Origin: an uncultured Chloroflexia bacterium
Lineage (GTDB): Bacteria; Chloroflexota; Limnocylindria; Limnocylindrales; CSP1-4
Length of the DNA: 64,000 nt
Direction of reading: 5' to 3'
NCBI GenBank assembly: GCA_963712745.1
Contig: CAVQJC010000017.1
Coordinates: forward strand, 256,001 to 320,000
Part shown: positions 1 to 11,878 of the stretch, piece by piece
How the letters are laid out: every line of letters begins with the position of its first letter
Numbering within the stretch: position 1 is the stretch's first letter
Notes under the pieces: model-generated
What the model was told of the DNA's origin: nothing
Database searches by the model: none
The model's input: the letters and a program-made list of their open reading frames with translations, nothing else
Program-made: the position numbers and the translations under genes

Positions 1-916
1 CGCGCAGCACCAGGATGTGCTGGTGGACGATGTTGGGCACGAACGCATGGGGGTAGCCGTACGGCCGTAGCCGTGTTCCCGCCTGGTACCAGATGAGGTC
101 GCCCTTGGCGGCGAACCCGTGCGGCTCGGCTCGCGCGGCGAGGTCGGAGGCCACGAAGCGGTAGCGCCCCTGCTGATAGGCGTCGCGCACGATCACGACT
201 GCGTAGCCCCTTGGCCGCAGGACCCGACGCAGCTCGCCGAAGAGCACTCCCATCCGCTCGAGGTACTCCGCGTAGGTCCGGCTGTTGGCCAGGTCGGCCG
301 GGTCGTCGGTGACCATGGCGTAGTCGGTCCTGCGATTGGCGTACCGCTCGGACAGTGCGCCGCCCGACATGGTGGCCTTGAGCTGCGGGTTGTAGGGCGG
401 GTCGGTAGCCACGAGGTCGACGCTGGCATCGGCCACGCCCCGGACCAGCTCGAGCGCATCGCCGAGCTCGAGGCGGCAGCCTGACGGGTCAAAGCCCCGG
501 GGTCCGCCGGGGTCGTTGTCACCGAGGTCGCGCAGCACCGGACCGGACCCGCCGTTCTCGGCCATCGCGGCCTCTACCACCGAGGCGTACACCGCTGCCC
601 AGCGGGGCTCGATCTCGAACCCGAGCGCGCGGCGCGGGTGCCGGCAGATGGCCGCTCCCAGCAGCGTACCCCCCACGCCGGCGAAGGGATCGAGGACCAG
701 TTCGCCGCCCTTGGTGAAGAACTCGATCAGCCGCGCCATGAGCCGCGGCGGCTTGTTGGCCCCGTGGGCCTTGCGCGCGGCATGCCCCACCTCGGAGGGG
801 TAGGCCGTGGTCAGCAGCGACTTGGTGAAATAGAGCCACTCGTCGCCGCTGAGCTCGTTGAGCGTGTTGTTCGGATGCACCACCCGGGTGCTGGGGGAAG
901 CCTCTGGCACTGGCAC
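1..916 (-). CDS. N4-cytosine/N6-adenine DNA methyltransferase (3' end runs off the window)
   Basis: Own translation, not in the ORF track: ...HGANKPPRLMARLIEFFT...VLDPFAGVGGT (SAM motif I)...VDLVATDPPY (catalytic motif IV)...HQHILVLR; GTG start at 916 or 910. Confidence 0.85.
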   Translation of the reverse strand, partial: MPVPEASPSTRVVHPNNTLNELSGDEWLYFTKSLLTTAYPSEVGHAARKAHGANKPPRLMARLIEFFTKGGELVLDPFAGVGGTLLGAAICRHPRRALGFEIEPRWAAVYASVVEAAMAENGGSGPVLRDLGDNDPGGPRGFDPSGCRLELGDALELVRGVADASVDLVATDPPYNPQLKATMSGGALSERYANRRTDYAMVTDDPADLANSRTYAEYLERMGVLFGELRRVLRPRGYAVVIVRDAYQQGRYRFVASDLAARAEPHGFAAKGDLIWYQAGTRLRPYGYPHAFVPNIVHQHILVLR

Positions 917-956
917 GAGCGAAGTATGTGGCACGCGGCGACTATGCTTCTGCTCT

Positions 957-3900
957 ATGGCGTTCTTGGGCCGAGAGCGCGAGCTGGCCCAGCTGGCCGA
1001 AGCCGTGCGCCGTGTCGCGGAGGGGCGACTCGGACGTGTGGTCCTTACCGGGCCGGCCGGCATCGGCTGCACGCGCCTACTCGACGAGCTGTCAACTCGC
1101 GTCTCCTCCGTGCCGGGCGTCCTCGCCTGCCGCGGCCGGGCGTACGAGCCGGGTGCGGGCATGCCCTACCAGGCGGTCGGTGATGCGCTGGCCTCGGCGT
1201 TCAGGAAGGTACCTGACGAGCGGGTTCCCGAGATCGTCAGCCGGGTGGGCGCGGACCTTGCGGCTCTCGTACCCGGCCTGGCCGAGCGGCTCGACGACCT
1301 GGCTGTCGATCGCACCCCACCCCAGCTCGAGGCGCCCGAGCTGCTGGGCCGGAGGGTAATCGAATCGATCCTGGGCACGCTGGAGCGCCTGTCCGCCGGC
1401 GGTGTCGTGCTGCTCATGCTCGAGGACGTCCACTTCGCGGACCCCGCGACGCGCAAGCTCATCGAGGCGCTCCAGGACGTGGGCCGCTCGCTGCCGGTGT
1501 GCCTGGTCATCACTTACCAGGCTGAAGAGGTGCACCGCCGACATCCCATGCAGGCGCTGGCCGACCGACTGGCCGAGGACGAGGAGGTCGTGCGGCTCAG
1601 ACTGGGGTCGCTCAGCGCCCCCGAGGTCGAGCGGCTCGTGGTCGATGCGCTTGGAGAGAAGCCTCCACAGAACGCGCTCACGGCTGTCATCGAGGGCGCT
1701 CGCGGGAATCCACTGATCGCCCTCGAACTCGCCCGCAGCGCTCGTTCGCTCGAAGGCGTACGCCTTTCCGACGCGTTCGACCAGCTCTACGGCGCACGCG
1801 TGGAGGCGCTCTCACGGGAGGCTGGACGCGTCGTGCGCGTGCTGGCGGCGGCCCGCTCGCCCTTGCTGCGATCGACGGTGATGTCGATCCGCCCGCAAGA
1901 CGGCCGATTGACGATCCAGGGCCTTGAGGAGGCCATCGCCGGCGGGTTCGTCATCGAGGCCGGCGAGCGTCTCGTCATCTCGCATGAGTTGTGTGCGGAA
2001 GCGGTGGAGGCACTCGAACTGACGCCCGAGCGCCAGGGGATCCACGCGGCCATGGCCGAGAGGCTGGTCGAGGAGCCGGCGCTGGCTGCATGGCATTGGG
2101 CACGGGCGGCTCGACCACAGGAGGCCCAGGCCGCCCATGTCGAGGCCGCCCGCATGGCGTCGCGCCTGGACCCGTCTGACACGGTGTTGCTGCACTACGA
2201 GGCCGCGCTCGAATTGCCCAGCCTTGAGCCGGTCGGGCCTTCGGAGGCCGCCACGCTGCTGGCCGGGGCGGCTCGTGCTTCCGCCGCGGCAGGTGCGTAT
2301 CGAAGCGCTGTGGCCCTGATGCGGCGTGCCATCGACAGCCGGGCCGCCCGTGAAGCTTCGAGGCACCGCGGGGAGCGCGATCCAGCGACGCGCATCGCGC
2401 TGGGCGAGATGTACGAGGACCTGGGGCGCTACCAGTGGAACGCCGGCGACCTCGACGGCGCCATCGCCTCCATCGAGCGCGCGCTCGGGATCATGCCGCA
2501 GGCACCAAGCTGCAGCCGAGCCTGGGTCCTCGCCTCACTGGCGCAGCACCTCATGCTCGATGGCCGCTTCGACCAGAGCCTCAGTGCTGCCGAAGAGGCT
2601 CTGGGGATGGCGGCCGCGGCCGAGACCGGTGGCGAGGACACGCTGCGGGTGCGAGCACATGCGCTCTGCACCAAGGGGGTCGACATCGCCTACCGCGGAG
2701 ATGCCGAGCTTGGATTGGCTCTGCTCGAGGAGGCGGCGACACTGTCGAGGCGCACCGGTCGACTCGATGACCTCATGCGCGTGGCTGCCAACCGCACGTA
2801 TCTCCTGGATCTGGACCTCCGCCGCGAGGACGCCGTGGCCGTGGTCCAGGAGTTCCTGCAGGACGCCGCGGCCGGTGGTCTTGAGGCGACATACGGAGCG
2901 TTCCTGCGTGGCAACGCGGCCGACATCCTCTTCCACCTGGGTCGGTGGCAGGAGGCCGAGCGGCTTTGTCGCAGCGACCTGAAGTGGCAGACGAACTGGC
3001 AAACGAGCGGCCATGACATCACCTGGCTGTCGCTCGCGGTGCTCGGCTTGCTCCTGACCGAATCGCGCGCGGACCAGGAGGCGACGAGCCTCGTCGGCCG
3101 GGCGCTGCTCGAGCTCCACGCCGTCGCGCCCGGCCAGGGCATGAATTTCGTCATGCGCTCGGCGGTCAGCCTCGCGCTCTGGAACGGGCGAGTCGAGGAG
3201 GCTCTCAGTATCGCCGAGCGCGAGTGGCCACGCGCCATCGAGAGCGATGAACTCGGCATCGTCGCCATCGCCGCGTCGACGGCCATGGAGGCGGCCGCGG
3301 CTGCTGCCGAACATGGTCGAGCCGACAGCAACGCGGGACTGATCGCCCGGGCACGTGCACTGACCGAAGGCGTACTGCCCGCGGCCGAGTCGTATGTCGC
3401 CGGCTCCAGCATCGGTCCGGAGTTGGGTGGACGCCGGGAAGCGGAGTTGATGCTACAGACGGCGCGGGCGCATGCCCTGCGCGTTCGCGGCCGCCCCGAT
3501 CCCACCGCCTGGGACATGCTTGCCCAGGCGTGGGAACGCAATACCGTGCCCTATCGGCAGGCCAAGGCGCGCTGGTGGCAGGCACTGGCGATCCTGGGGG
3601 AGGCGCCCGAGGAGGATCGCGAGTCGGCCCGGGTGGAGGCCAGTGCGCCGCTGTCGGAGGCCTACCGCATCGCCCGTGGCCTGCCGGCCCTGCCCCTGCT
3701 TCGGGAGATCGTGGACCTCGCGGCACGAGCTCGAGTCTCGTTGCCCATCGCCAAGGAGGTCGACCGTGACCTCGTTGCTGTCGGCCCTGGCCGGCCGCCG
3801 GACGCCGGTGTCGGCAACCCCGATATCGCTCGTGCCATCGAAGAGCGCGTCATCGCCACGTTGCGCAAGGGCCCGGCCGATACGTACGGGCTCAGCCCCC

Positions 3901-4133
3901 GGGAACGCGACGTGCTCAACATCCTGGCCGAGGGTCGCACCGACCGTGATATCGCCGGTCGCCTCTTCATCAGCGAGCGCACGGTCCATGTCCACGTGCG
4001 CCGCATCCTGGCCAAGCTGGGCGTCTCCAGCCGGACCGAGGCCGCCGGGGTGGCCATCCGCCAGGGCCTGGTGCCGGCCACGTCGACGACGCCGGAACGA
4101 AAGCAGGCCGATGACGTAGCATCCGGCGCATGA
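957..4133 (+). CDS. Large AAA-ATPase/TPR/LuxR-HTH transcriptional regulator (MalT/LAL-like)
   Basis: FLGRERELAQL start, Walker A-like GPAGIGCT, LEDVHFAD Walker B, TPR-like helices, C-terminal LSPRERDVL...IAGRLFISERTVHVHVRRILAKLG. Confidence 0.9.
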   Translation: MAFLGRERELAQLAEAVRRVAEGRLGRVVLTGPAGIGCTRLLDELSTRVSSVPGVLACRGRAYEPGAGMPYQAVGDALASAFRKVPDERVPEIVSRVGADLAALVPGLAERLDDLAVDRTPPQLEAPELLGRRVIESILGTLERLSAGGVVLLMLEDVHFADPATRKLIEALQDVGRSLPVCLVITYQAEEVHRRHPMQALADRLAEDEEVVRLRLGSLSAPEVERLVVDALGEKPPQNALTAVIEGARGNPLIALELARSARSLEGVRLSDAFDQLYGARVEALSREAGRVVRVLAAARSPLLRSTVMSIRPQDGRLTIQGLEEAIAGGFVIEAGERLVISHELCAEAVEALELTPERQGIHAAMAERLVEEPALAAWHWARAARPQEAQAAHVEAARMASRLDPSDTVLLHYEAALELPSLEPVGPSEAATLLAGAARASAAAGAYRSAVALMRRAIDSRAAREASRHRGERDPATRIALGEMYEDLGRYQWNAGDLDGAIASIERALGIMPQAPSCSRAWVLASLAQHLMLDGRFDQSLSAAEEALGMAAAAETGGEDTLRVRAHALCTKGVDIAYRGDAELGLALLEEAATLSRRTGRLDDLMRVAANRTYLLDLDLRREDAVAVVQEFLQDAAAGGLEATYGAFLRGNAADILFHLGRWQEAERLCRSDLKWQTNWQTSGHDITWLSLAVLGLLLTESRADQEATSLVGRALLELHAVAPGQGMNFVMRSAVSLALWNGRVEEALSIAEREWPRAIESDELGIVAIAASTAMEAAAAAAEHGRADSNAGLIARARALTEGVLPAAESYVAGSSIGPELGGRREAELMLQTARAHALRVRGRPDPTAWDMLAQAWERNTVPYRQAKARWWQALAILGEAPEEDRESARVEASAPLSEAYRIARGLPALPLLREIVDLAARARVSLPIAKEVDRDLVAVGPGRPPDAGVGNPDIARAIEERVIATLRKGPADTYGLSPRERDVLNILAEGRTDRDIAGRLFISERTVHVHVRRILAKLGVSSRTEAAGVAIRQGLVPATSTTPERKQADDVASGA

Positions 4134-5282
4134 AACTCACGTTTGCACGGGTCATCGTGGCCCTCTTCGCGCTCACCCTTGTCGTGGTCGGCTGCGCCAG
4201 CGAAAGCGGCAGCGCCTGGACGTTCGCCCCCTCGACCGCGTCGACTGGCGAGGCTGAAGCCGCTCCGGTGGGATCGGACACACCGTCCGCCGAGCCTGAG
4301 GCCGCGACCGCTGCGCCGGCCGAGTCTGAGGCCGCGACCGCTGCGCCGGCCGAGAGTGCCGTGCCGGCCGAGAGTGCCGTGCCGGCCGAGAGTGCCGCGC
4401 CGGCCGAGAGTGCCGCGCCGGCCGAGAGTGCCGTGCCGGCCGAGAGTGCCGTGCCGGCCGAGGCTCCCTCGTCACCGGCGCCGGCCGAGCCTGCGGAGGC
4501 GCAGGAGCCTGCGACTGCCGAGGCGCGCGTCATCGACCTCCAGGCCGACAGCGCGCTGCGTTTCACCGATGCTGCCGGCCAGCCCGTGCCGGACATCGCG
4601 CTCACGCCCGGTGAGACCGTCGTCTTCCGCATCGACAACACGGCCGGCTTTGCCCACAACTTCTGGATCGGCACGGACGCTGAGCTATCGGTCCCGAACG
4701 GCAGCACGGACGTCGGCCTGCCTGACTGGGCGACCGGCGTGCAGGAGCTCGAGTGGGTCGTGCCCGAGGACCTCACCGGTCTGAAGTTCGCCTGCACCGT
4801 GCCCGGCCATTACTACACCATGCAGGGCACGTTCTCGCCGGCCGATGGTGCATCGGAGCCGGCCGAGCCCGAGCAGACGGCCGAGCCCGAGCAGCACGGC
4901 CGAGCCCGAGCAGACGGCCGCGACTGCGGCACCGGCCGACTCCGCTGCCAGCGGCGAGCCGCGGGTGATCGAGCTCGAGGCCGACGCCGCCATCCGCTTC
5001 CTGCAGGGCGGCGAACAGGTCGTGAACATCGACGTGACCCCCGGCGAGACCGTCCTCTTCCGCATCGACAACACCGCCGGTTTCGCGCACAACTTCTACA
5101 TCGGCCCGGACTCTGAGCTATCGGTCCCGAGCAACAGCACCGAGGTCGGCCTTCCCGACTGGGAGACAGGCGTGCAGGAGCTCGAGTGGGTCGTGCCGGC
5201 TGATCCCACCGGCGTGCGTTTCGCCTGCACCGTCCCCGGCCACTACTACACCATGCAGGGCGACTTCACCGTCAGTCCGTAG
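4130..5282 (+). CDS. Lipoprotein with two cupredoxin (type-1 copper) domains; reading frame broken near 4895
   Basis: Lipobox VVVGC; two copies of HNF(W/Y)IG...FACTVPGHYYTMQG split over ORFs 4130..5116 and 4845..5282; extra C in the second copy of an 18-bp repeat. Confidence 0.8.
4290..4462 (+). repeat. Intragenic tandem repeats encoding a PAESA(V/A) linker
   Basis: Repeated 18-bp gccggccgagagtgccg(t/c) units in frame. Confidence 0.9.
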
Positions 5283-5303
5283 GCGGCGCGAGGCCAGCCC
5301 ATC

Positions 5304-6020
5304 ATGGAGCACGAGCCTCGACCGACCCGCCGACCCCGACCGAGGGCGCGCTCGATGGGTGACGACGCGCTCGTCGAGGCGCTGGCCGGGACGGGCTGCC
5401 CGATGTGCGCCCACGTGTCACGGGTGGCGCCGCGCTACCTCGATTCGCTCCTCTACCAGCACACCACCGACCGGGCCTACCGTGACCGCTTCCTCGAGGG
5501 TGGCGGGTTCTGCGCGCGTCATGTGCGTGCGGCGCTGGTCGCTGACACGGCCGGCAACGGTGATGGCGTCGGGGGTGGCATCTTCCTGCGTTCCCAGCTG
5601 GGGGCGCGGCGTCGGGCGCTCGAGGATACCGGTGGGTTCCGGGCGGCCCGGCGCGTCCGGGCGGCCACGAGTCCCGCGTGGGATTGCCCCGTCTGCGAGA
5701 ACGAGCGGGCGCTCGCGGCCGCCGTCGCCCAGCGGCTGGTCGACCTCGCCGGCGGTGATGAGACCTGGCGCGAGTCTGTCACCAGCGCGCCGTGGTGCCT
5801 GAGGCACCTCGGCGACCTCCTCTCCATCGCGGCCGTGACCGGGCGCGGGGCGCTCGCCGAGCTGCGCGACCGACAGCTGGCTCAGATGCGCGACATCGAG
5901 GCACGCCTCGACGCACTCGCTCACGACTCCAGCCATGGACGACGTGACCGACTCACCCCGGAGGTGCGCGCTGCGCTGGCCGAGGCCGCGGATGTCCTCG
6001 CCGGAGACGAGGATCGCTGA
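5304..6020 (+). CDS. DUF6062-like putative Zn-binding protein
   Basis: Duplicated CPxC...(F/W)CxRH motifs: CPMC/GGFCARH and CPVC/WCLRH. Confidence 0.65.
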   Translation: MEHEPRPTRRPRPRARSMGDDALVEALAGTGCPMCAHVSRVAPRYLDSLLYQHTTDRAYRDRFLEGGGFCARHVRAALVADTAGNGDGVGGGIFLRSQLGARRRALEDTGGFRAARRVRAATSPAWDCPVCENERALAAAVAQRLVDLAGGDETWRESVTSAPWCLRHLGDLLSIAAVTGRGALAELRDRQLAQMRDIEARLDALAHDSSHGRRDRLTPEVRAALAEAADVLAGDEDR

Positions 6021-6023
6021 AGG

Positions 6024-6692
6024 TCAGTCGGTCGGCAGCTCGGCCATGAACTCGGCCAGGGTGGGGTAGATGACGTCGGCCCCGGCTTCGGTCAGGGAGT
6101 CCTCGGTGGTGGCACCGGTGAGCACCGCGATGGCGCGCATGTCGGCCGCCTTCGAGGCCACCATGTCCCAGCGCGAATCGCCCACGTACCAGGTCTCGGC
6201 CGGCTCGACCTCCAGCAGGTGAGCTGCCTTGAGCAGCAGGTCGGGCGCTGGCTTGGCGTGCTCCACGTCGGCTCCGTCGCAGATGAGCGGCATCGAGCGC
6301 AGGCCCAGCGACAGGACCGACTCGCGTGCGTCGTCCGGCAGGCTGGACGTGGCGACCGCCCAGGGCATGCCCCGCTCGGTCAGCGACTCCAGCAGGTCGT
6401 GCACCGCGGGCAGCGGCCGCGGATCGGCGTTCAGCACACGGAACTCGTTGCCGGCTTGGATGTCGATCTCGGCGTCGTCGCCGGGCTTCAGGCGCACGCC
6501 GTAGTGCTCGGCGACCATGCGCGCAAGGTACTTGCCGTCGGATCCGATGAGCGGAGCCAGGAACTCTGGATCGGGGTCGATGCCGAACTTGGGAAAGACC
6601 GCCATCCAGGAGTCGACGCGGGTGCCGACGGTGTCGACGAGCGTGCCGTCGAGATCGAAGATGATGGCGCGCGGGGCGCGGGCTGCCGTCAT
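6024..6692 (-). CDS. HAD-superfamily hydrolase/phosphatase
   Basis: IFDLDGTLVD, ATSS, KPAPD, VGDSRWD motifs. Confidence 0.9.
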   Translation of the reverse strand: MTAARAPRAIIFDLDGTLVDTVGTRVDSWMAVFPKFGIDPDPEFLAPLIGSDGKYLARMVAEHYGVRLKPGDDAEIDIQAGNEFRVLNADPRPLPAVHDLLESLTERGMPWAVATSSLPDDARESVLSLGLRSMPLICDGADVEHAKPAPDLLLKAAHLLEVEPAETWYVGDSRWDMVASKAADMRAIAVLTGATTEDSLTEAGADVIYPTLAEFMAELPTD

Positions 6693-6721
6693 GCGGTGAT
6701 GTCGGAGTGCATGGCCTAAGC

Positions 6722-8806
<2,085 letters not shown>

Positions 8807-8914
8807 CAGCCCGAATGGTAGGGGAGGCGAGTGACAACACTGCCGCAGGGCTGCGAGCCATGGCGCTCCGTGGCCCGGTCTGCCGCACTCGAATCGCGCG
8901 CCTGGCCGGGCGGC

Positions 8915-9152
8915 TCATGGCCTATGGGCGACTCATGGCCGCCGGGCGACCCATGGCCTATGGGCGACTCATGGCCTATGCCGCGTGCGCCTATGGCCGC
9001 CGGGCGACCCATGGCCTATGCCGCGTGCGCCTATGGCCGCCGGGCGACCCATGGCCTATGCCGCGTGCGCCTATGGCCGCCGGGCGACCCATGGCCTATG
9101 CCGCGTGCGCCTATGGCCGCCGGGCGACCCATGGCCTATGCCGCGTGCGCCT
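8915..9152. repeat. Intergenic tandem repeat, 40-bp unit x about 4.5, preceded by 18-bp sub-units
   Basis: atggcctatgccgcgtgcgcctatggccgccgggcgaccc at 8971, 9011, 9051, 9091, partial at 9131; no spacers. Confidence 0.95.
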
Positions 9153-9159
9153 GTACGGA

Positions 9160-9270
9160 CCGATCAACGGCGACCGTTGGTGTTCCAAGTCAACTCCGAT
9201 GGCGGGATGCTCCCAGGATTGGGTGGTCAGTCCCGGGAGCACTCGATGCGCCAGGGTAAGCCGTGATCGG
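9160..9270. other. Long imperfect nested inverted repeat (fold-back core)
   Basis: ccgatcaacggc (9160) pairs with gccgtgatcgg (9260-9270); tgctcccaggattg (9208-9221) pairs with cagtcccgggagca (9228-9241). Confidence 0.75.
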
Positions 9271-9371
9271 CCCTCCCCGCCGTCTTCACTTGGTTGACGT
9301 AGTCGCCTGCGGCATAGCGAGCATGGTGCCACGGCCGGCACGATGGCTGCGGCGACCATCGATGGTGCGGT

Positions 9372-9486
9372 GCGGCTGCCGGGTCCCGTGTGGAGCGGCT
9401 GCCGGGTCCCGTGTGGAGCGGCTACCTGGTCCCGTGTGGTGCGGCTGCCGGGTCCCGTGTGGAGCGGCTGCCGGGTCCCGTGTGGA
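9372..9486. repeat. Tandem repeat, 23-bp unit x5
   Basis: gcggctgccgggtcccgtgtgga, third copy variant; ends 4 bp from the stop codon of the HTH-nuclease gene. Confidence 0.95.
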
Positions 9487-9490
9487 GGAG

Positions 9491-10141
9491 TTAGAGGAGG
9501 ATGATGCCGTTCCCCTTCGGGATGTCGCCCTGGCGCAGAGAGTGCAGGATGTCGCGCGTGTCGAGCGGGAATGTGCTCGCTAACGATGCGCGGTACTCGC
9601 GCAGGATGGCCCTGTTGTGCTTGGTCGCCGCCACCACGAGGATCACTCGCGAGACGCCGCTGTCGCGCCACTTGAGCTCTGTCCTGCGCTGCAACGCTTG
9701 GATATCCCTGAGCTTCGTCTCGGCGTCAACACCGATCGACTCGCTACCCTCCAGCAGCACATCCCAAGCGCGGCGGTCGTCGAGCCCTCCGACCGGGACC
9801 TCCGATCTCCACCGCAGGCGCGGGCTAACCCTCGCCCGGAACCTCTGCAGCAGAGCCAGCTGCGCTGCGTCCCGGACCGGCAGTCCATCCGGATAGGCCT
9901 TCAGCGACAGGCGCAGACCGAGGGCCGCGCAATGGCGGGCGAGTTCGTCGAGTCGAGGTGAGACGCGCCTTCCGCGCTCAGTGCGGCTGATTCGAGTTTG
10001 CGTCAGGCCTGCCACGGTCGCAACGTGCTGCTGACTGAGACCGGAACCGTGACGAGCCTCCCGAAGCTCCGTGCCCAGTCTCGCGAGCAGCCGATCCGCC
10101 TGCCGAGTGCCCTTGTCTCGCGCCCGTTCCCTCGAGGTCAT
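9491..10141 (-). CDS. XRE-type HTH fused to a PD-(D/E)XK/DUF559-like nuclease-fold domain
   Basis: ELREARHGSGLSQQHVATVAGLTQTRISRTERG (HTH_3); C-terminal EVPV...WDVLL...GVDAETKLRD. Confidence 0.7.
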   Translation of the reverse strand: MTSRERARDKGTRQADRLLARLGTELREARHGSGLSQQHVATVAGLTQTRISRTERGRRVSPRLDELARHCAALGLRLSLKAYPDGLPVRDAAQLALLQRFRARVSPRLRWRSEVPVGGLDDRRAWDVLLEGSESIGVDAETKLRDIQALQRRTELKWRDSGVSRVILVVAATKHNRAILREYRASLASTFPLDTRDILHSLRQGDIPKGNGIILL

Positions 10142-10199
10142 GTCACAAGCCTGACCGCCGCCTCTTCACCGGGGCTTGCCTGGCGTGTACCGTCGGGCT

Positions 10200-10823
10200 G
10201 TGGAAAGGCGACGTCTCGACTTGGCCGGTGTCGTGCTCGCGGCTGGGGCCGGCTCACGGTTCTCGGACACGCCCGGCGCCAAGCTCCTCGCGGAGATCGA
10301 CGGCCAGCCGATGCTGGCCCGGGTGCTGGGCGAGGTGCGCGAGTTCGGGCCAGCCGCCACGATCGTCGTGATCGGCTATGGCGCCGATGCCGTCGAGGAG
10401 GCCACCGACTGGCGTGACGAGATCCGCGTGCGCAACCATGCCCCTGAGCGAGGCCTCGCATCGTCGCTGCAGGTCGGCATCGACGCGCTCCGTGCCCTGC
10501 CCGATGCGTTCGACGGCACGTTCATCGTGCTCGGGGACCAGCCGCTGCTCCGCGCCGACGTGATGCATCGGTTGGCCGCAGCCGCAGCAGCGCAGCGCCC
10601 GGCTGATCGACCGGCGGTGGTGCCCCGCTACGACCAGCCCGGCCCTCGTAACCCCGTGCTCCTGCTGCGACCCGCCTGGTCATGGGTCGACGAGCTCGAT
10701 GGCGACCACGGACTCTCGGAGCTGATCGACCGCAACCCCGACCAGGTCCTGGCCGTGGCCGTGGAAGGCTCGATGCCTGACATCGACTCGCCGGCCGACC
10801 TCGATCGGCTGGCAGAGGTGTAG
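10200..10823 (+). CDS. mocA: Molybdenum cofactor cytidylyltransferase (MocA-like NTP transferase); start uncertain
   Basis: GVVLAAGAGSRF..KLL, LGDQP, NPVL, GDHG, DIDSPADL; lies near the xanthine dehydrogenase genes. Confidence 0.8.
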   Translation: MERRRLDLAGVVLAAGAGSRFSDTPGAKLLAEIDGQPMLARVLGEVREFGPAATIVVIGYGADAVEEATDWRDEIRVRNHAPERGLASSLQVGIDALRALPDAFDGTFIVLGDQPLLRADVMHRLAAAAAAQRPADRPAVVPRYDQPGPRNPVLLLRPAWSWVDELDGDHGLSELIDRNPDQVLAVAVEGSMPDIDSPADLDRLAEV

Positions 10824-10833
10824 CGGATTTCGT

Positions 10834-11863
10834 CTACGACGGCACTCCCACTGACAGGTGCAGCGGCGCGACCTCGTCCAGCCGAGCCAGCAGCGTCGTG
10901 GCACCAAGCGCTTCCAGGTTCGCCCGCGCATCTTCGGCCAATACCTCGCGGTCATCGAGGCGGTCACCGAAGAGGCGCAGCATCTCCATCTGTGTGACGG
11001 CCCCGAGCGGGCGCATGGAGCGAGTCCTTGAGCAGGCGCAACTCCTCCTGTCGCCCGACGTAGGGTGGCTCGAGGCCCTCGCGGCGGCCCATCCCTCCTC
11101 GCTCGGCGACCACACGCAGGGCGGTCCAGGCCCTGACGGGCTCGGCCTTGCCCTTCAGCTTGAGCTCGCCGACGGTATCGAAGGCGATGGCGCGGCCGGC
11201 GGCCACCATCGTGGTCTCGTCGACGAGGACGCTGCCGGCTGCGGCTGCGGCCTGCAGGCGTGAGCTGGTGTTCACGAGGTCGCAGGCCACCAGGCCCTGG
11301 CCTTGGGCGGACGGGTCGACCACGGCCTTCCCGGTGGTCACCGCGGCCCGGACCTGGGTGCCAGGGTCCAGCCCTGAGACCATCGTGACCAGGTCGAGCG
11401 CGGCGCGGACCGCGCGCTCGGCATCATCCTCGTGCGCCGCCGGCGTCCCCCATACGGCCATGACCGCGTCGCCGATGAACTTCTCCACCATGCCGCCGTA
11501 GCGGCCGATGATCTCCGCGGCGCGTTCGAAGTACGTGGACAGGAACTCGCGCACGGCCTCCGGGTCCACGTTCTCGGAGCGCGCGGTGAAGCCGACCAGG
11601 TCCAGGAAGAGCACCCAGACCAGCCGTCGCTCGGTAACACCTGGGGCCCCCACGGACGTCGCCCCGGTCGATCCGCGGCGCGTGCGATGTCTCCGTGTCA
11701 GCTTCGAGCAGCGTCCCGCATTGACCACAGAAGCGCGCGCCCAGGACTCGTGGCGTTCCGCAGCTTGGGCAAGCGGATGAGGCCAGGGATGTCCCACAGG
11801 CCAGACAGAACCGCAATCCCGGGCTGACGTCGGCAGCGCAGGACGGGCAGTGGCCCTGCACAC
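10834..11863 (-). pseudogene. Double zinc-ribbon/class III adenylate-guanylate cyclase/AAA-TPR protein remnant (frameshifted, internally deleted)
   Basis: CPSC..FCLACG..CPSC..FCGQCG in one frame; ERRLVWVLFLDLVGFT...EKFIGDAVMAVWG...VGRQEEL in a second; a C-terminus-like LEALGATTLLARL in a third, directly after the AAA start. Confidence 0.8.
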
Positions 11864-11878
11864 CCCCTGCCGGGAGCG

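Noticed and set aside
8915-9486. CRISPR array
   Set aside because: Repeats are head-to-tail with no unique spacers and no cas genes are present; the same applies to the arrays at 25400, 39146 and 56140
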